A DNA stretch of 64,000 nt from an uncultured bacterium. GTDB taxonomy: Bacteria; Acidobacteriota; Thermoanaerobaculia; Multivoradales; JAHZIX01. The notes beneath the pieces were generated by a model. The model did no database searches. It was given only the letters and a program-made list of their open reading frames with translations, and had not been told where the DNA came from. The position numbers were made by a program, and so were the translations under genes. Of this stretch, positions 30,962 through 40,586 are shown piece by piece (within the stretch, counting starts at the first letter, position 1; every line of letters begins with the position of its first letter). The stretch lies in contig CBDUPA010000002.1 in the NCBI GenBank assembly GCA_965368975.1, positions 480,001-544,000 on the forward strand, given 5' to 3'.

Positions 30962-32035
30962 CTAAGCAGCCTGCCGCGACGTCAAGATCTCCTCGAAGAA
31001 CCGCTCCACGCCCGCCAAGAACACCTCCGGCGTATCCATCACCTGCAACTGACGCCGCAGCTTCAACCCATCCGGAAGCCCGAAGCTGTACCAGCGCGCA
31101 AAACTCCGCAGCTTGTGCATGGCATCGGTTCGCTCGCGCGTCTCGGCAACGGTGCGGAAGTGATCCAAGATCAACTCCCTGCGATCTTCCAGCGTCGGCT
31201 CGCGTAACTGCTTGCCCTCCAGCCGCGCGGCGATCTGACGGAACAGCCACGGATTCTTGGTCGCACCGCGCCCAACCATGACGCCATCACAGCCGGTCTT
31301 CCTGAACATCTCGATGGCATCTTCCGGCTCTTCGACGTCACCATTGCCGATCACCGGAATCGACAGCGCTTCCTTCAAGCGCGCGATGTGGGTCCAGTCA
31401 GCCTCGCCTTTGTACATCTGCTTGGCGGTGCGGGCGTGCATGGCGACGGCGTCGACGCCTTCAGCGTCGCAGATGCGGCCCAGTTCCAGGTAGTTCCGGC
31501 GGTTCACGTCCAGACCGAGACGGAACTTGACCGTCAACGGGACGCTCACCTGCCGCCGGACATTGACGATGATCGCCTCGGCTAGCTTCAGATCTCCCAT
31601 CAACGCGGCCCCGGCGCAGCCTTTGAGCACCTTGTTGGCGGGACAACCCATGTTGATGTCGCACAGGTCGGGGCGCAGGTCCTCGACGATGCGGGCGGCG
31701 TCGGCCATGGTGTCGGCGTCGGAGCCGTAGATCTGGATGGCCAGGGGGCGTTCTTCCTCCTGGAACTGCATCAGGCGGCGCGTGAACTTGCGGCCGCTGG
31801 TGATATCGCGAGAGGAGAGGAATTCCATCGACACCACACCGACACCGCCGATGCGGCGCACGATGAGGCGAAAGTCGCAATCGGTGATGCCGGCCATGGG
31901 GGCCAGCCACAGGGGTGGATCGACGGTGACGCGGTGTTCTCCCGTGCCCAGGTGTACGGGGTCGGCGGCGACAGGAGCAGCGGTGTGTTGGCGCGGAGTT
32001 TCAGGCATGGTGCAGGTCTGGGTTGTGCCGGTCAT
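30962..32035 (-). CDS. dusB: tRNA-dihydrouridine synthase B
   Basis: LAPMAGITD, DINMGCP, HART, GNGD and MVGRG motifs. Confidence 0.9.
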   Translation of the reverse strand: MTGTTQTCTMPETPRQHTAAPVAADPVHLGTGEHRVTVDPPLWLAPMAGITDCDFRLIVRRIGGVGVVSMEFLSSRDITSGRKFTRRLMQFQEEERPLAIQIYGSDADTMADAARIVEDLRPDLCDINMGCPANKVLKGCAGAALMGDLKLAEAIIVNVRRQVSVPLTVKFRLGLDVNRRNYLELGRICDAEGVDAVAMHARTAKQMYKGEADWTHIARLKEALSIPVIGNGDVEEPEDAIEMFRKTGCDGVMVGRGATKNPWLFRQIAARLEGKQLREPTLEDRRELILDHFRTVAETRERTDAMHKLRSFARWYSFGLPDGLKLRRQLQVMDTPEVFLAGVERFFEEILTSRQAA

Positions 32036-32094
32036 GGCAGTTCTGCAGGAAAGGCGAATTGTAACGCAGGCACCAGGGCGGTAGGATCGGACGC

Positions 32095-32832
32095 GTGGCC
32101 TGGTACAAGGAATGGTTCGACGAGCAGTATCTCGACCTCTACGCCCACCGCGACGAACGCGAGGCGGAGCGGCAGGTCGATTTCGTCGAGTCCCAGCTCA
32201 GTGATGGTCCGCGACCGCGGATGATTCTGGACCTGGCCTGCGGGGCCGGGCGCCACTCGGACATCCTGAGCAAGCGTGGCTACCGGGTGGTGGGTGTCGA
32301 CCTCTCGCTGACCCTACTCGCCGTCCACCCGGGACCGCGCCGGATCTGCGGCGACATGTGCAGCCTGCCCTTCCACTGCGACAGCTTCGACTGGCTACTC
32401 AACTTCTTCACCTCCTTCGGCTACTTCGAGCGCGAGCGCCAGAACTTCCAGGTGCTGGAGGAGATCACTCGCGTGCTGCGCCCTGGCGGTCGCTTCCTGC
32501 TCGACTTTCTCAACCGCGACGTGGTGATCAACAACCTGCGGCCCACGGACGTCCAGGAGGACGACAAGCGACGGGTGGAGATCGAGCGCTGGTACGACCC
32601 AGCGTCACAGCGCATCAACAAACGCATTCGCGTACAACCTCGCGGGGCTGCTCCCCGTACCTACCTCGAGAGCGTGCGCGCCTACTCCCAGGAAGAAGTC
32701 ACCATCGGGATGCGCTGGGCGGGACTGGAAGTCGACACGCTCTTCGGTAGCTTCGACGGAGACTCCTTTCATCGTGACAGCGAACGCCTCATCATCCTCG
32801 GGCACAAGCCCATCCTCGGCAGTGGCCGCTGA
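32095..32832 (+). CDS. Class I SAM methyltransferase, probable bacillithiol N-methyltransferase (NmbA-like)
   Basis: WYKEWF...LYAHRD, LDLACGAGRH and NFFTSFGYF motifs; overlaps the bshC start. Confidence 0.7.
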   Translation: MAWYKEWFDEQYLDLYAHRDEREAERQVDFVESQLSDGPRPRMILDLACGAGRHSDILSKRGYRVVGVDLSLTLLAVHPGPRRICGDMCSLPFHCDSFDWLLNFFTSFGYFERERQNFQVLEEITRVLRPGGRFLLDFLNRDVVINNLRPTDVQEDDKRRVEIERWYDPASQRINKRIRVQPRGAAPRTYLESVRAYSQEEVTIGMRWAGLEVDTLFGSFDGDSFHRDSERLIILGHKPILGSGR

Positions 32833-34624
32833 CGCCGCTGCGCGGGATCCTGACGAGTACGGCCTCGGTCCGCTCGTCGCCACGGATCTACCGCGACTCG
32901 ACTTGCTGGCGGGCGAACGCCTGGCACCGCTCTCTGCGGCGCTGGTGCGGGGTGAGCAGCGCGAGTTGCTGGCGCCGCTACGCCACCTGACACCGGGCAC
33001 GCTGCCGGCAGCCATTGCGCCGGCTGGCAATGAGCCCGCACCGCTCGACCGTTCCGCGCTGGCGGAGGGCCTGGCCATCGCCAATCGTAGCTATGGCCAC
33101 CCCAAGGCCACGGAACTGGCCGCCAAGCTGGCGGATCCGGCAACGCGCGTGGTGGTGACGGGGCAGCAGCCGGGGTTGTTCGGCGGTCCGCTGTACACGC
33201 TGTCCAAGGCGCTGGCGGCGGCGCGGTGGGCTGAAGCACTAGAGGCGGCGGCCCTGGAAGAAAGGGCAATAGAGGCGGCGGCCCCGGAAGCTCGGAATGG
33301 GGACACCCCCGGACAGCCTGCGGTGGCGGTCTTCTGGGTAGCCACCGAGGATCACGACTTCCGCGAGGTGGCGACGACGACCGTACTGGGTCCAGACGGG
33401 CCGTTGACGTTGACGCTCGGCGACGATTCACAGCCGCTGTTGCCGGTCGGCATGCGCAGCCTGGGACCGGGGGTGGAAGAGATCCTGGCGACGCTGCGGG
33501 AGCAGCTACCCGGCGACCGCTACAGCGACTGGCTGGACGAGGTCGGCCGCTGGTATCGACCGGACGCGCGCTTCGGCGAGTCGTTCTGCCGTCTGCTGGT
33601 GCGCTTGCTGGGTGACCGCTGCCCGCTGATCCTCGACGCGATGTTGCCGGCGGTGAAGGTGGCGCAGCAGCCGTGGTTGCGGCAGCTGGTGGAGCAGCGG
33701 CATACGGTGGCCCGCAAGATCGCCGAGCACGAAGCGAACGTCGAGGCCGCGGGCTTCCCACTGCAGGTGGCGGCCCAGGGCCCCGCGACAGACCCGGAGC
33801 CGGAAAGCTCGATTGTCAGTCCGCTGTTTCTCTTGCACCAGGGGGAGCGTCGACGTATCGAGTGGCAGGGGGAGGACCGGTTCAGCCTGCGCGGCAGCGA
33901 CGAGCCGGCGCGGCCGGTGGCCGAACTGTTGCAGCTGCTGGACGACAATCCTCTCCTGGTGAGTCCCGGCGTGCTGGCACGGCCAGCCGTGCAGGACGCG
34001 ATTCTCGGCACCACGCTGATGGTGCTGGGCCCGGCCGAGCTCGCCTACATGACGCAGGCTTCCGCGTGCCACAAAATACTCGGCCTCGATGCACAGAACC
34101 GGCCCGCCCCCTGGGTGACACTGCGGCCACAGATCGCGGTGCTCGAACCGCGGCATCTGAATTGGCTCGAGGAGCTGGGGCTGCGCCTGCCGCAGCTGCT
34201 GGGCGATCGCGAGACTCTGAACGCCGAGCTGGCGCGGCGGCACGGCGCCGACTTCGTGGCGCCGATGCAGAAACGCATCCTGGCCCTGCTCGAAGAGCTG
34301 CGCGATGCCGCCATCGCGGTTGATCCGAATCTGCTCAGCTCGTGGAAGAAGACGCGCGGGCAGGTGGAGAAGGCGCTGGGCATGTTCCAGGGCCGCATCC
34401 ACCAGGCGGCCGCACGCGCCGACGAGACGCGCAACCAGCGACTGGACAACCTGCGGGACACCTTGTTGCCCGCCGGCAAGGGACAGGAGCGGTTGATCTC
34501 CTGCATCCACTTCCCGGGCAAGTACGGTGACGACTTCGTCGAGGCCTGCTGGCTGCAGCTGGATCTCGACCCGCGGCAGCTGCAGGTGGTGCAGTCCGTA
34601 CCGCCGCGGGGGAAGCAGCCATGA
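32822..34624 (+). CDS. bshC: Bacillithiol biosynthesis cysteine-adding enzyme
   Basis: VVTGQQPGLFGGPLYTLSK, FWVATEDHD, SPGVLARP, GPAELAY and QER motifs; GTG start at 32822 is inferred. Confidence 0.9.
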   Translation: MAADAAARDPDEYGLGPLVATDLPRLDLLAGERLAPLSAALVRGEQRELLAPLRHLTPGTLPAAIAPAGNEPAPLDRSALAEGLAIANRSYGHPKATELAAKLADPATRVVVTGQQPGLFGGPLYTLSKALAAARWAEALEAAALEERAIEAAAPEARNGDTPGQPAVAVFWVATEDHDFREVATTTVLGPDGPLTLTLGDDSQPLLPVGMRSLGPGVEEILATLREQLPGDRYSDWLDEVGRWYRPDARFGESFCRLLVRLLGDRCPLILDAMLPAVKVAQQPWLRQLVEQRHTVARKIAEHEANVEAAGFPLQVAAQGPATDPEPESSIVSPLFLLHQGERRRIEWQGEDRFSLRGSDEPARPVAELLQLLDDNPLLVSPGVLARPAVQDAILGTTLMVLGPAELAYMTQASACHKILGLDAQNRPAPWVTLRPQIAVLEPRHLNWLEELGLRLPQLLGDRETLNAELARRHGADFVAPMQKRILALLEELRDAAIAVDPNLLSSWKKTRGQVEKALGMFQGRIHQAAARADETRNQRLDNLRDTLLPAGKGQERLISCIHFPGKYGDDFVEACWLQLDLDPRQLQVVQSVPPRGKQP

Positions 34625-35385
34625 GCGAGTCGCGGCAGCCTCAGAAGCTCGACGTACTGGCGATCGGCGCGCATCCGGACGATGTCGAGCTCGGCTGCGG
34701 CGGCACGCTCGCCGTGCTGGCACAGCAGGGCAAGAAGGTCGGCATCGTGCACCTGACGCGCGGTGAGCGCGGCACGCGCGGCACACCGGAGGAGCGCGAG
34801 CAGGAAGCAGGACGCGCGGCGGAAGCGCTGGGGGCGGAGGTGCTCGAACTCCTCGACTGCGGCGATGGCAGCCTGCGCACCGGTGAGGCGGAGGAAGACG
34901 CGCTGATCGAGGTGCTGCGACGCTACCGGCCGGAGGTCGTGCTCGGTCCGACGCCGCGTGATCGCCATCCGGATCATGGTCGCGCCCACCAGCTGGTGGA
35001 AGCCGCGGCCTTCTATGCCGGGCTGCGTCGACGCGGGGACGATGGGCTGGAGCCGCACCGGCCGGCGGCGGTGTTCAGCTACATGCAGCACGACCCGTTC
35101 GACGTGCGCTTCGTGGTCGACGTGACCGCCGGCTGGCAGCGCAAGTTGCGCTCGCTGGCTGCCTACGACAGTCAGTTGCACGCCACGGCCTTCGGCTCCG
35201 AGGACGGCAAGACCACCGACGAACCCATGACCAAGGTCGCCACCCCGGAATTCGCCCTCGCCGTCGAGGGACGCGCGCGGCACTTCGGCCAGATGATCGG
35301 CGCCACCTTCGGCGAGCCGTTCACCTGCCGTCTACCTCTGGCGGTCAGCGATGTACTGACCCTAGCACCCGGAGGGGTGCGATGA
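34621..35385 (+). CDS. bshB1: Bacillithiol biosynthesis deacetylase
   Basis: AHPDDVELGCGG, LTRGERGTRG and DRHPDH motifs; operon context. Confidence 0.92.
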   Translation: MSESRQPQKLDVLAIGAHPDDVELGCGGTLAVLAQQGKKVGIVHLTRGERGTRGTPEEREQEAGRAAEALGAEVLELLDCGDGSLRTGEAEEDALIEVLRRYRPEVVLGPTPRDRHPDHGRAHQLVEAAAFYAGLRRRGDDGLEPHRPAAVFSYMQHDPFDVRFVVDVTAGWQRKLRSLAAYDSQLHATAFGSEDGKTTDEPMTKVATPEFALAVEGRARHFGQMIGATFGEPFTCRLPLAVSDVLTLAPGGVR

Positions 35386-35480
35386 GCAATACCGCCCTAG
35401 CACCCGGAGGGGTGCGATGAGCAATACCGCCCTGGCACCCGGAGGGGTGCGCTAATTGGACCGTGCACCCCTCCGGGTGC
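35360..35480. repeat. REP/BIME-like cluster: 35-bp tandem unit (2.6 copies) plus one inverted core
   Basis: Unit ccctagcacccggaggggtgcgatgagcaataccg at 35360, 35395 and 35430 (partial). The palindromic core GCACCC-GGAG-GGGTGC is inverted at 35465-35480. Confidence 0.85.
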
Positions 35481-35500
35481 AACGAGAATATGGAGCGCCC

Positions 35501-36622
35501 ATGAAAATCGGTATCAGTTGTTATCCGAGCTACGGCGGCTCCGGCGTGGTCGCCTCGGAGCTGGCCATGGCCCTCGCGGCCGGCGGCGACGAAGTGCACG
35601 TGATCAGCTATGCGTTGCCGTCGCGGTTGTTCCTCAACGACCCTCGGCTGCACTACCACGAGGTCGTGGTGCCGCACTATCCGCTGTTCGAGTATCCGCC
35701 CTACTCGCTAGCGCTCGCGACCAAGATGGTCGAGGTAGCACGGCACCAAGAGCTGGACCTCATGCACGTGCACTACGCGGTGCCCAACGCCGTCTCGGCC
35801 GTGCTAGCGCGGCAGATGTTGGAGCCGACACGCCACCTGCCGGTGGTGACGACCTTGCACGGCACCGATATCACGCTGGTCGGCAACGACCCCAACTACC
35901 TCGAGACAACTCGCTTCGGCATCCTGCAGAGCAACGGCGTCACCACTGTGTCGCAGGCGCTCAAGGACGGCACCTGTGAGCACCTGGGCATCAGCCGCGA
36001 CATCGACGTAATTCCCAATTTCATCGATCCGCAACGCTTCAGCAAGGTCAAGGCCGAGGGCTTCGGCGCACGCCGCTGGGCAGAGGGTGGCGACCGCCTG
36101 CTGGTGCACATCTCGAACTTCCGGCCGGTCAAGCGTACCGAGGACGTGGTCGAGATTTTCGCCCGCATCCGGCGCGAGGTGCCCTGCCGGCTCTTGATGG
36201 TGGGCGATGGTCCCGAGCGGGCGCGCGTCGAGAAGCTGTGCCGCGACCATAAGATCTGCCACGCCATCACCTTCATGGGCAACCTGCCACTGATCGAGGA
36301 AGTGCTGATCGGGGCGGACCTCTTCCTGCTGCCTTCGGAAAACGAGAGCTTCGGCCTGGCAGCGCTGGAGGCTCTGGCCTGCGGTGTGCCCGTGATCGCC
36401 AGTGATGTCGGTGGCTTGCCGGAAGTGGTGACCGAAGGCGAGAACGGCTTCCTGCGGCCGGTGGGTGATGTCGACGCGATGGCGGAGGCCGGCATTTCCC
36501 TGCTCCAGGACGCCGACCGGCACGCGCGCTTCTGCAGGGCGGCGCGCACCCTGGCGGTAGAGCGCTTCGACCAGGACAAGGTGGTCGACCAGTACCGCGA
36601 GGCATACCGTAAGGTGCTGTGA
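35501..36622 (+). CDS. bshA: N-acetyl-alpha-D-glucosaminyl L-malate synthase
   Basis: MKIGISCYPSYGGSGVVASEL, HVHYAVP, TTLHGTDITLVG and ESFGLAALEA motifs. Confidence 0.96.
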   Translation: MKIGISCYPSYGGSGVVASELAMALAAGGDEVHVISYALPSRLFLNDPRLHYHEVVVPHYPLFEYPPYSLALATKMVEVARHQELDLMHVHYAVPNAVSAVLARQMLEPTRHLPVVTTLHGTDITLVGNDPNYLETTRFGILQSNGVTTVSQALKDGTCEHLGISRDIDVIPNFIDPQRFSKVKAEGFGARRWAEGGDRLLVHISNFRPVKRTEDVVEIFARIRREVPCRLLMVGDGPERARVEKLCRDHKICHAITFMGNLPLIEEVLIGADLFLLPSENESFGLAALEALACGVPVIASDVGGLPEVVTEGENGFLRPVGDVDAMAEAGISLLQDADRHARFCRAARTLAVERFDQDKVVDQYREAYRKVL

Positions 36623-37314
36623 GGCCGCAAGGTACTGTGAGCTCGCAAGGCTGTGCGGACTCGGCGGCATGGCCGCCCGGCGCCTACCTGACGCCGGCAA
36701 CAAGGCTGGCGCTCGACCGGAGCATGGAACTGCGAGAGCGCAAATCTCGCTTTCTGACCTTCATCGGCGCCGTGCAGGACGAGGACGAGCTACGGGCCTC
36801 GCTGGCCGAGGTGCAGACGCACTACCCCGACGCCAACCATCACTGCTGGGCCAGCCGCCTGGAGCCGGAGCGCGACGGAGCCGAGCCGGTCGAGCGCTGC
36901 TCGGACGATGGCGAACCCGCCGGCACCGCCGGCCTGCCGATGCTACAGGTGCTGCGTGGCGCCGAGCTGTGCGGCGTGCTCGCGGTGGTGGTGCGCTGGT
37001 TCGGCGGTATCAAGCTGGGCAAGGGCGGCCTGGTGAGAGCCTACGCCGAGGCGACGCGGCTGGCCCTCGCGGAGCTACCGACGCGGCTGTGCGTACCGTC
37101 CGATCCGCTGGTCGTGGAGTTGCCCTATGAGGTGTTGGGCGCGGTGAAGCGCCTGATCCATCCACCGGAGGTCGAGCTGGTGGACGAAGTCTACGGAGCT
37201 GGCGTGCACATGACGCTGAACGTCCATCGACACCGGCGGCAGGCGGTCGAGGAGGCCCTGGCGGAACTGCGGCTGACGCCGGAGCCACCGAGTCCTGTCG
37301 AGCCGGTTCCCTGA
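36619..37314 (+). CDS. yigZ: IMPACT/YigZ-family protein
   Basis: KSRF, ANHHCWA, SDDGEPAGTAG and VVRWFGGIKLGKGGLVRAY motifs. Confidence 0.9.
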   Translation: MRPQGTVSSQGCADSAAWPPGAYLTPATRLALDRSMELRERKSRFLTFIGAVQDEDELRASLAEVQTHYPDANHHCWASRLEPERDGAEPVERCSDDGEPAGTAGLPMLQVLRGAELCGVLAVVVRWFGGIKLGKGGLVRAYAEATRLALAELPTRLCVPSDPLVVELPYEVLGAVKRLIHPPEVELVDEVYGAGVHMTLNVHRHRRQAVEEALAELRLTPEPPSPVEPVP

Positions 37315-37432
37315 GGCACCCCTCGACACAGGAGCGAACCCCTGTACTACAATTTACAGGTTCTCATCGTATTCCCTGATGACTTGCTGTCAGCCGGCCG
37401 GTCGAGCCGCTCACCTGCACGAAGGAGCCAAC

Positions 37433-37858
37433 ATGAGCGAAAACGTCACGCCTCCCCCGCCACCGTCCGACACACCGCCACCACCCCCAGCTTCGGACTC
37501 GCCACCACCACCACCACCGAGCAGCGGCGGTCCGGCCGGCGCCCAGAGTTCGAATCGAACCCTGATGATCATCTTGGCGTATCTGCCTCCGCTATCGCTG
37601 ATCCCACTCCTGATGGAAGAGGACGAGGACGTCAAGTGGCATGCCAAGCACGGCTTGGTCCTTCTGGTGCTCTGGGTTGCCGTCAGCATAGGCTTCTTCG
37701 CGCTCAGCTGGGTGCCTTTCTTGGGTTGCCTTACCAGCATCATCTGGTTCTTCATGTTCATCCCGATCATCGGCATTCACATCGTCTGCATGATCAAGGG
37801 TGTGGACGGTGAGCGCTTCAAGCTTCCAGGTATCAGCGACCTCGCTGACAGCTTCTAG
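37433..37858 (+). CDS. DUF4870-like membrane protein with Pro-rich N-terminus
   Basis: GAAGGAG RBS; poly-Pro repeats; LAY...KWHAKHG motif; three TM helices. Confidence 0.75.
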   Translation: MSENVTPPPPPSDTPPPPPASDSPPPPPPSSGGPAGAQSSNRTLMIILAYLPPLSLIPLLMEEDEDVKWHAKHGLVLLVLWVAVSIGFFALSWVPFLGCLTSIIWFFMFIPIIGIHIVCMIKGVDGERFKLPGISDLADSF

Positions 37859-37880
37859 TGACCCCGCCGACAGCTTTCCG

Positions 37881-38243
37881 GTGAGCCAGGAAGGTGATAC
37901 GTCCCAGGCCGCGTCCCCCAAAGCCGTCGACGGCAGCCGGCGGACGCGGCGCTGGCGTATCGCGCTGGTGGTCTTCGCGCTGCTCTGGGGCATCGACCTG
38001 CTGCAACCGCCCCGCCGCCAGCTCACCACTTGGGTGCTGCTCACGACCATCGGCACCTACCAGGCAACGCTCTCACCGCTGATGCCCAGCCTGGGTGTCC
38101 ACTGTCGCTTCACCCCCACCTGCAGCCACTACGGCGAAGCGGTGATCCGCGAGTACGGCGCCGTCAAGGGCGTGGGCTTGACGCTGTGGCGCGTCGTGCG
38201 CTGCGGTCCATGGACGGAGGCGGGAACCGAGGATCCGCCGTAG
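37881..38243 (+). CDS. yidD: Membrane protein insertion efficiency factor
   Basis: YQ..LSP, CRFTPTCSHY and RCGPW...DPP motifs; start uncertain. Confidence 0.85.
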   Translation: MSQEGDTSQAASPKAVDGSRRTRRWRIALVVFALLWGIDLLQPPRRQLTTWVLLTTIGTYQATLSPLMPSLGVHCRFTPTCSHYGEAVIREYGAVKGVGLTLWRVVRCGPWTEAGTEDPP

Positions 38244-38306
38244 CCACCTCAAAGGCCCCACCAAGAGAGGACAGCTTACCCCTGAAGGTGGGATACGCTT
38301 GCCGCC

Positions 38307-38645
38307 ATGGACGCCCCCGCCCGCAACCAGCTGACCGAGATCCGCCGCCTACCCGAGGACAAGCGCCTGCGCCTGACCTGGCAAGACGGACACTGCGCTG
38401 ACTTCGACTGGGACTACCTGCGCGGCTGGTGTCCATGTGCCGGCTGCCAGGGCCATTCGGGGGCCCATATCCAGTACAAGCCCCCCACCAAGCCGGTGAA
38501 CCTGGAGCAGATCGAGGCGGTCGGCAACTACGCTGTCTCGTTCCTGTGGTCGGATGGCCACGGCACCGGTATCTACAAGTTCAGCTACCTGCGCGAGATC
38601 TGCCCATGTGACGGCTGCAAGTCGGGCCGGGAGGCGCAGGCTTGA
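38307..38645 (+). CDS. DUF971 / GBBH-like N-terminal domain protein
   Basis: LRGWCPCAGC, VGNYAV, WSDGHGTGIY and CPCDGC motifs. Confidence 0.88.
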   Translation: MDAPARNQLTEIRRLPEDKRLRLTWQDGHCADFDWDYLRGWCPCAGCQGHSGAHIQYKPPTKPVNLEQIEAVGNYAVSFLWSDGHGTGIYKFSYLREICPCDGCKSGREAQA

Positions 38646-39520
38646 CGGAGGCGGTCTTCGACGGGCCCGTTGGGGACTTCGACGGACCTGTCGGGAACTT
38701 CGACGGGCCTATTGGGGTCTTCGACTCGGGCGTCGGCGGCTTGACGGTGGTCGCGGCGCTGCGCCGCCGGCTGCCGCACGAGTCGATCCTCTACTTGGGC
38801 GACACCGCCCGCCTGCCCTACGGCAGCAAATCACCAGCGACAGTCACCCGTTACACGCAGCGCAACGTCGACTTCCTGATTCGCCACGGCGCCAAGGCAG
38901 TGGTGGTCGCCTGCAATACGGCGTCCGCACTGGCTCTACCCAACCTGGCACTGGCGCGCCTGCAACAGGGCGACCAGGAACACCCGGTCCCAACCTGGGG
39001 CGTGGTCGAGCCCGGTGCCGCGACGGCGGTGGCGGCGACGCGCGGCGGCGCGGTGGGGGTGATCGGCACGGAATCGACCATCCGCTCCGAGAGCTACGTG
39101 CAGGCCCTGCACCGGCGGCGGCCGGGGCTTCGCGTGCTCACGCAGGCATGCCCGCTCTTCGTGCCGCTGGTCGAAGAGGGCTGGCTCGACGATCCGATTG
39201 CCGAGCAGGTGGCACAGCGCTACCTGCAGCCTCTGCTCGACGGGGGTATCGATACGCTGGTCTTGGGGTGCACCCACTATCCGCTGCTCAAGCCGGTGCT
39301 AGAACGCGTCATGGGGCTGGATGTCGAACTGGTGGACAGCGCCGAAGCCGTGGCCGCGCTGGTGGCCGCGGAACTGGAGCGACGCGGCCTGTTGCGCCGG
39401 GCTACGGCCGCCGCGGAGCAGCACGTCTGCGTCACTGACGCCAGCGAGAGCTTCGAGCGCCTGGTGCGGCGCATTCTGGGACCGCGCCACGGCGTGCTCG
39501 AATTGGTCGATATCGGCTGA
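38642..39520 (+). CDS. murI: Glutamate racemase
   Basis: FDSGVGGLTV, PYGSKS, ACNTAS and LGCTHYP motifs. Confidence 0.96.
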   Translation: MTEAVFDGPVGDFDGPVGNFDGPIGVFDSGVGGLTVVAALRRRLPHESILYLGDTARLPYGSKSPATVTRYTQRNVDFLIRHGAKAVVVACNTASALALPNLALARLQQGDQEHPVPTWGVVEPGAATAVAATRGGAVGVIGTESTIRSESYVQALHRRRPGLRVLTQACPLFVPLVEEGWLDDPIAEQVAQRYLQPLLDGGIDTLVLGCTHYPLLKPVLERVMGLDVELVDSAEAVAALVAAELERRGLLRRATAAAEQHVCVTDASESFERLVRRILGPRHGVLELVDIG

Positions 39521-39562
39521 CCTGGCGGAGGGACGCGAGGATTCAGATGCGGCCAGGCCGGA

Positions 39563-39652
39563 GGGTAGGCACATGGGCCTACCCCTACACGGAATATACC
39601 TACGTGATCTGAGCAGCATAATCTGGGTAGGGGCGACCCCATGTGGTCGCCC
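39563..39652. repeat. Pair of GTAG-type REP elements in divergent orientation (REPIN-like)
   Basis: Minus strand: GTAG-GGGTAGGC-CCATGT-GCCTACCC (39588-39563). Plus strand: GTAG-GGGCGACC-CCATGT-GGTCGCCC (39627-39652). Confidence 0.85.
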
Positions 39653-39697
39653 TCGGTGGCGCTGACGCTCATTCGGGCGGGCGTGTACAATCCGCCC

Positions 39698-40549
39698 ATG
39701 TCGGAACCAACACCCACCTCGACCTCCTTCCGCCGAGTCCAAGATCGTGCCGCCGACAGCCTGCGGCCCGTGACGCTGGAACTCGGTGTCCAAAAATTCG
39801 CCGAAGGTTCGGCCCTCATCAAGGCCGGCGACACGCACGTGCTCGCAGCGGCCAGCATCGAGAAGCGTGTACCACCGTTCGTGCAGGAAGGCCACGGTTG
39901 GCTGACTGCCGAATACGCCATGCTGCCACGCGCCACGCAAACGCGCTCGACACGAGAGGTGTCACGCGGCAAGCAGAGCGGGCGCAGCCAGGAGATCCAG
40001 CGCCTGATCGGCCGCAGCCTGCGCCAGGCGGTCGACCTGAGCAAGCTGCCGGACATCACCCTGACCCTCGACTGCGACGTCTTGCAAGCGGACGGCGGCA
40101 CCCGTACGGCATCGATCACCGCAGCCTATGCGGCGACAGTGCAGGCCCTGGGCCAGGTCTTCCTGGCCGGCGACCTACCGACCTGGCCACTGCGGCGGCA
40201 GATCGCCGCGGTCTCGGTGGGTCTGATGGGCGAACTACCGCTGCTCGACCTCGACTACGTGGAAGACCGCGACGGCGCGGTCGACATGAACGTCGTCGGC
40301 ACACCCGAGGGCGAGCTAGTGGAAGTCCAGGGCACCGGTGAGTCGCGCGGTTTTGCCCGCAGCGAACTCGACGCCCTGCTCGATCTGGCGCAGAAAGGCA
40401 TCGGCGAGCTGGCGCACATCCAGAATCAGGCGCTGGGCGGAATCTTGGAAGACGTCGACGCGGTTCGCCAACGTGCGGGGCGCCAGAGCGGCCAGCGACG
40501 ACCGGCACCAGCACGCAGCGAGAAGGATCTCTGGGGTCCTCCCGGATAG
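39698..40549 (+). CDS. rph: Ribonuclease PH
   Basis: GWLTAEYAMLPRAT, EIQRLIGRSLR, DCDVLQADGGTRTASIT, DMNVV and EVQGTGE motifs. Confidence 0.96.
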   Translation: MSEPTPTSTSFRRVQDRAADSLRPVTLELGVQKFAEGSALIKAGDTHVLAAASIEKRVPPFVQEGHGWLTAEYAMLPRATQTRSTREVSRGKQSGRSQEIQRLIGRSLRQAVDLSKLPDITLTLDCDVLQADGGTRTASITAAYAATVQALGQVFLAGDLPTWPLRRQIAAVSVGLMGELPLLDLDYVEDRDGAVDMNVVGTPEGELVEVQGTGESRGFARSELDALLDLAQKGIGELAHIQNQALGGILEDVDAVRQRAGRQSGQRRPAPARSEKDLWGPPG

Positions 40550-40586
40550 ACCTGCCACCACGAGCACGCACAACCGAGACTGTATC

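Noticed and set aside
35360-35480. Possible mini CRISPR array
   Set aside because: The sequences between the palindromes are identical rather than unique spacers, one copy is inverted, and there are no cas genes.
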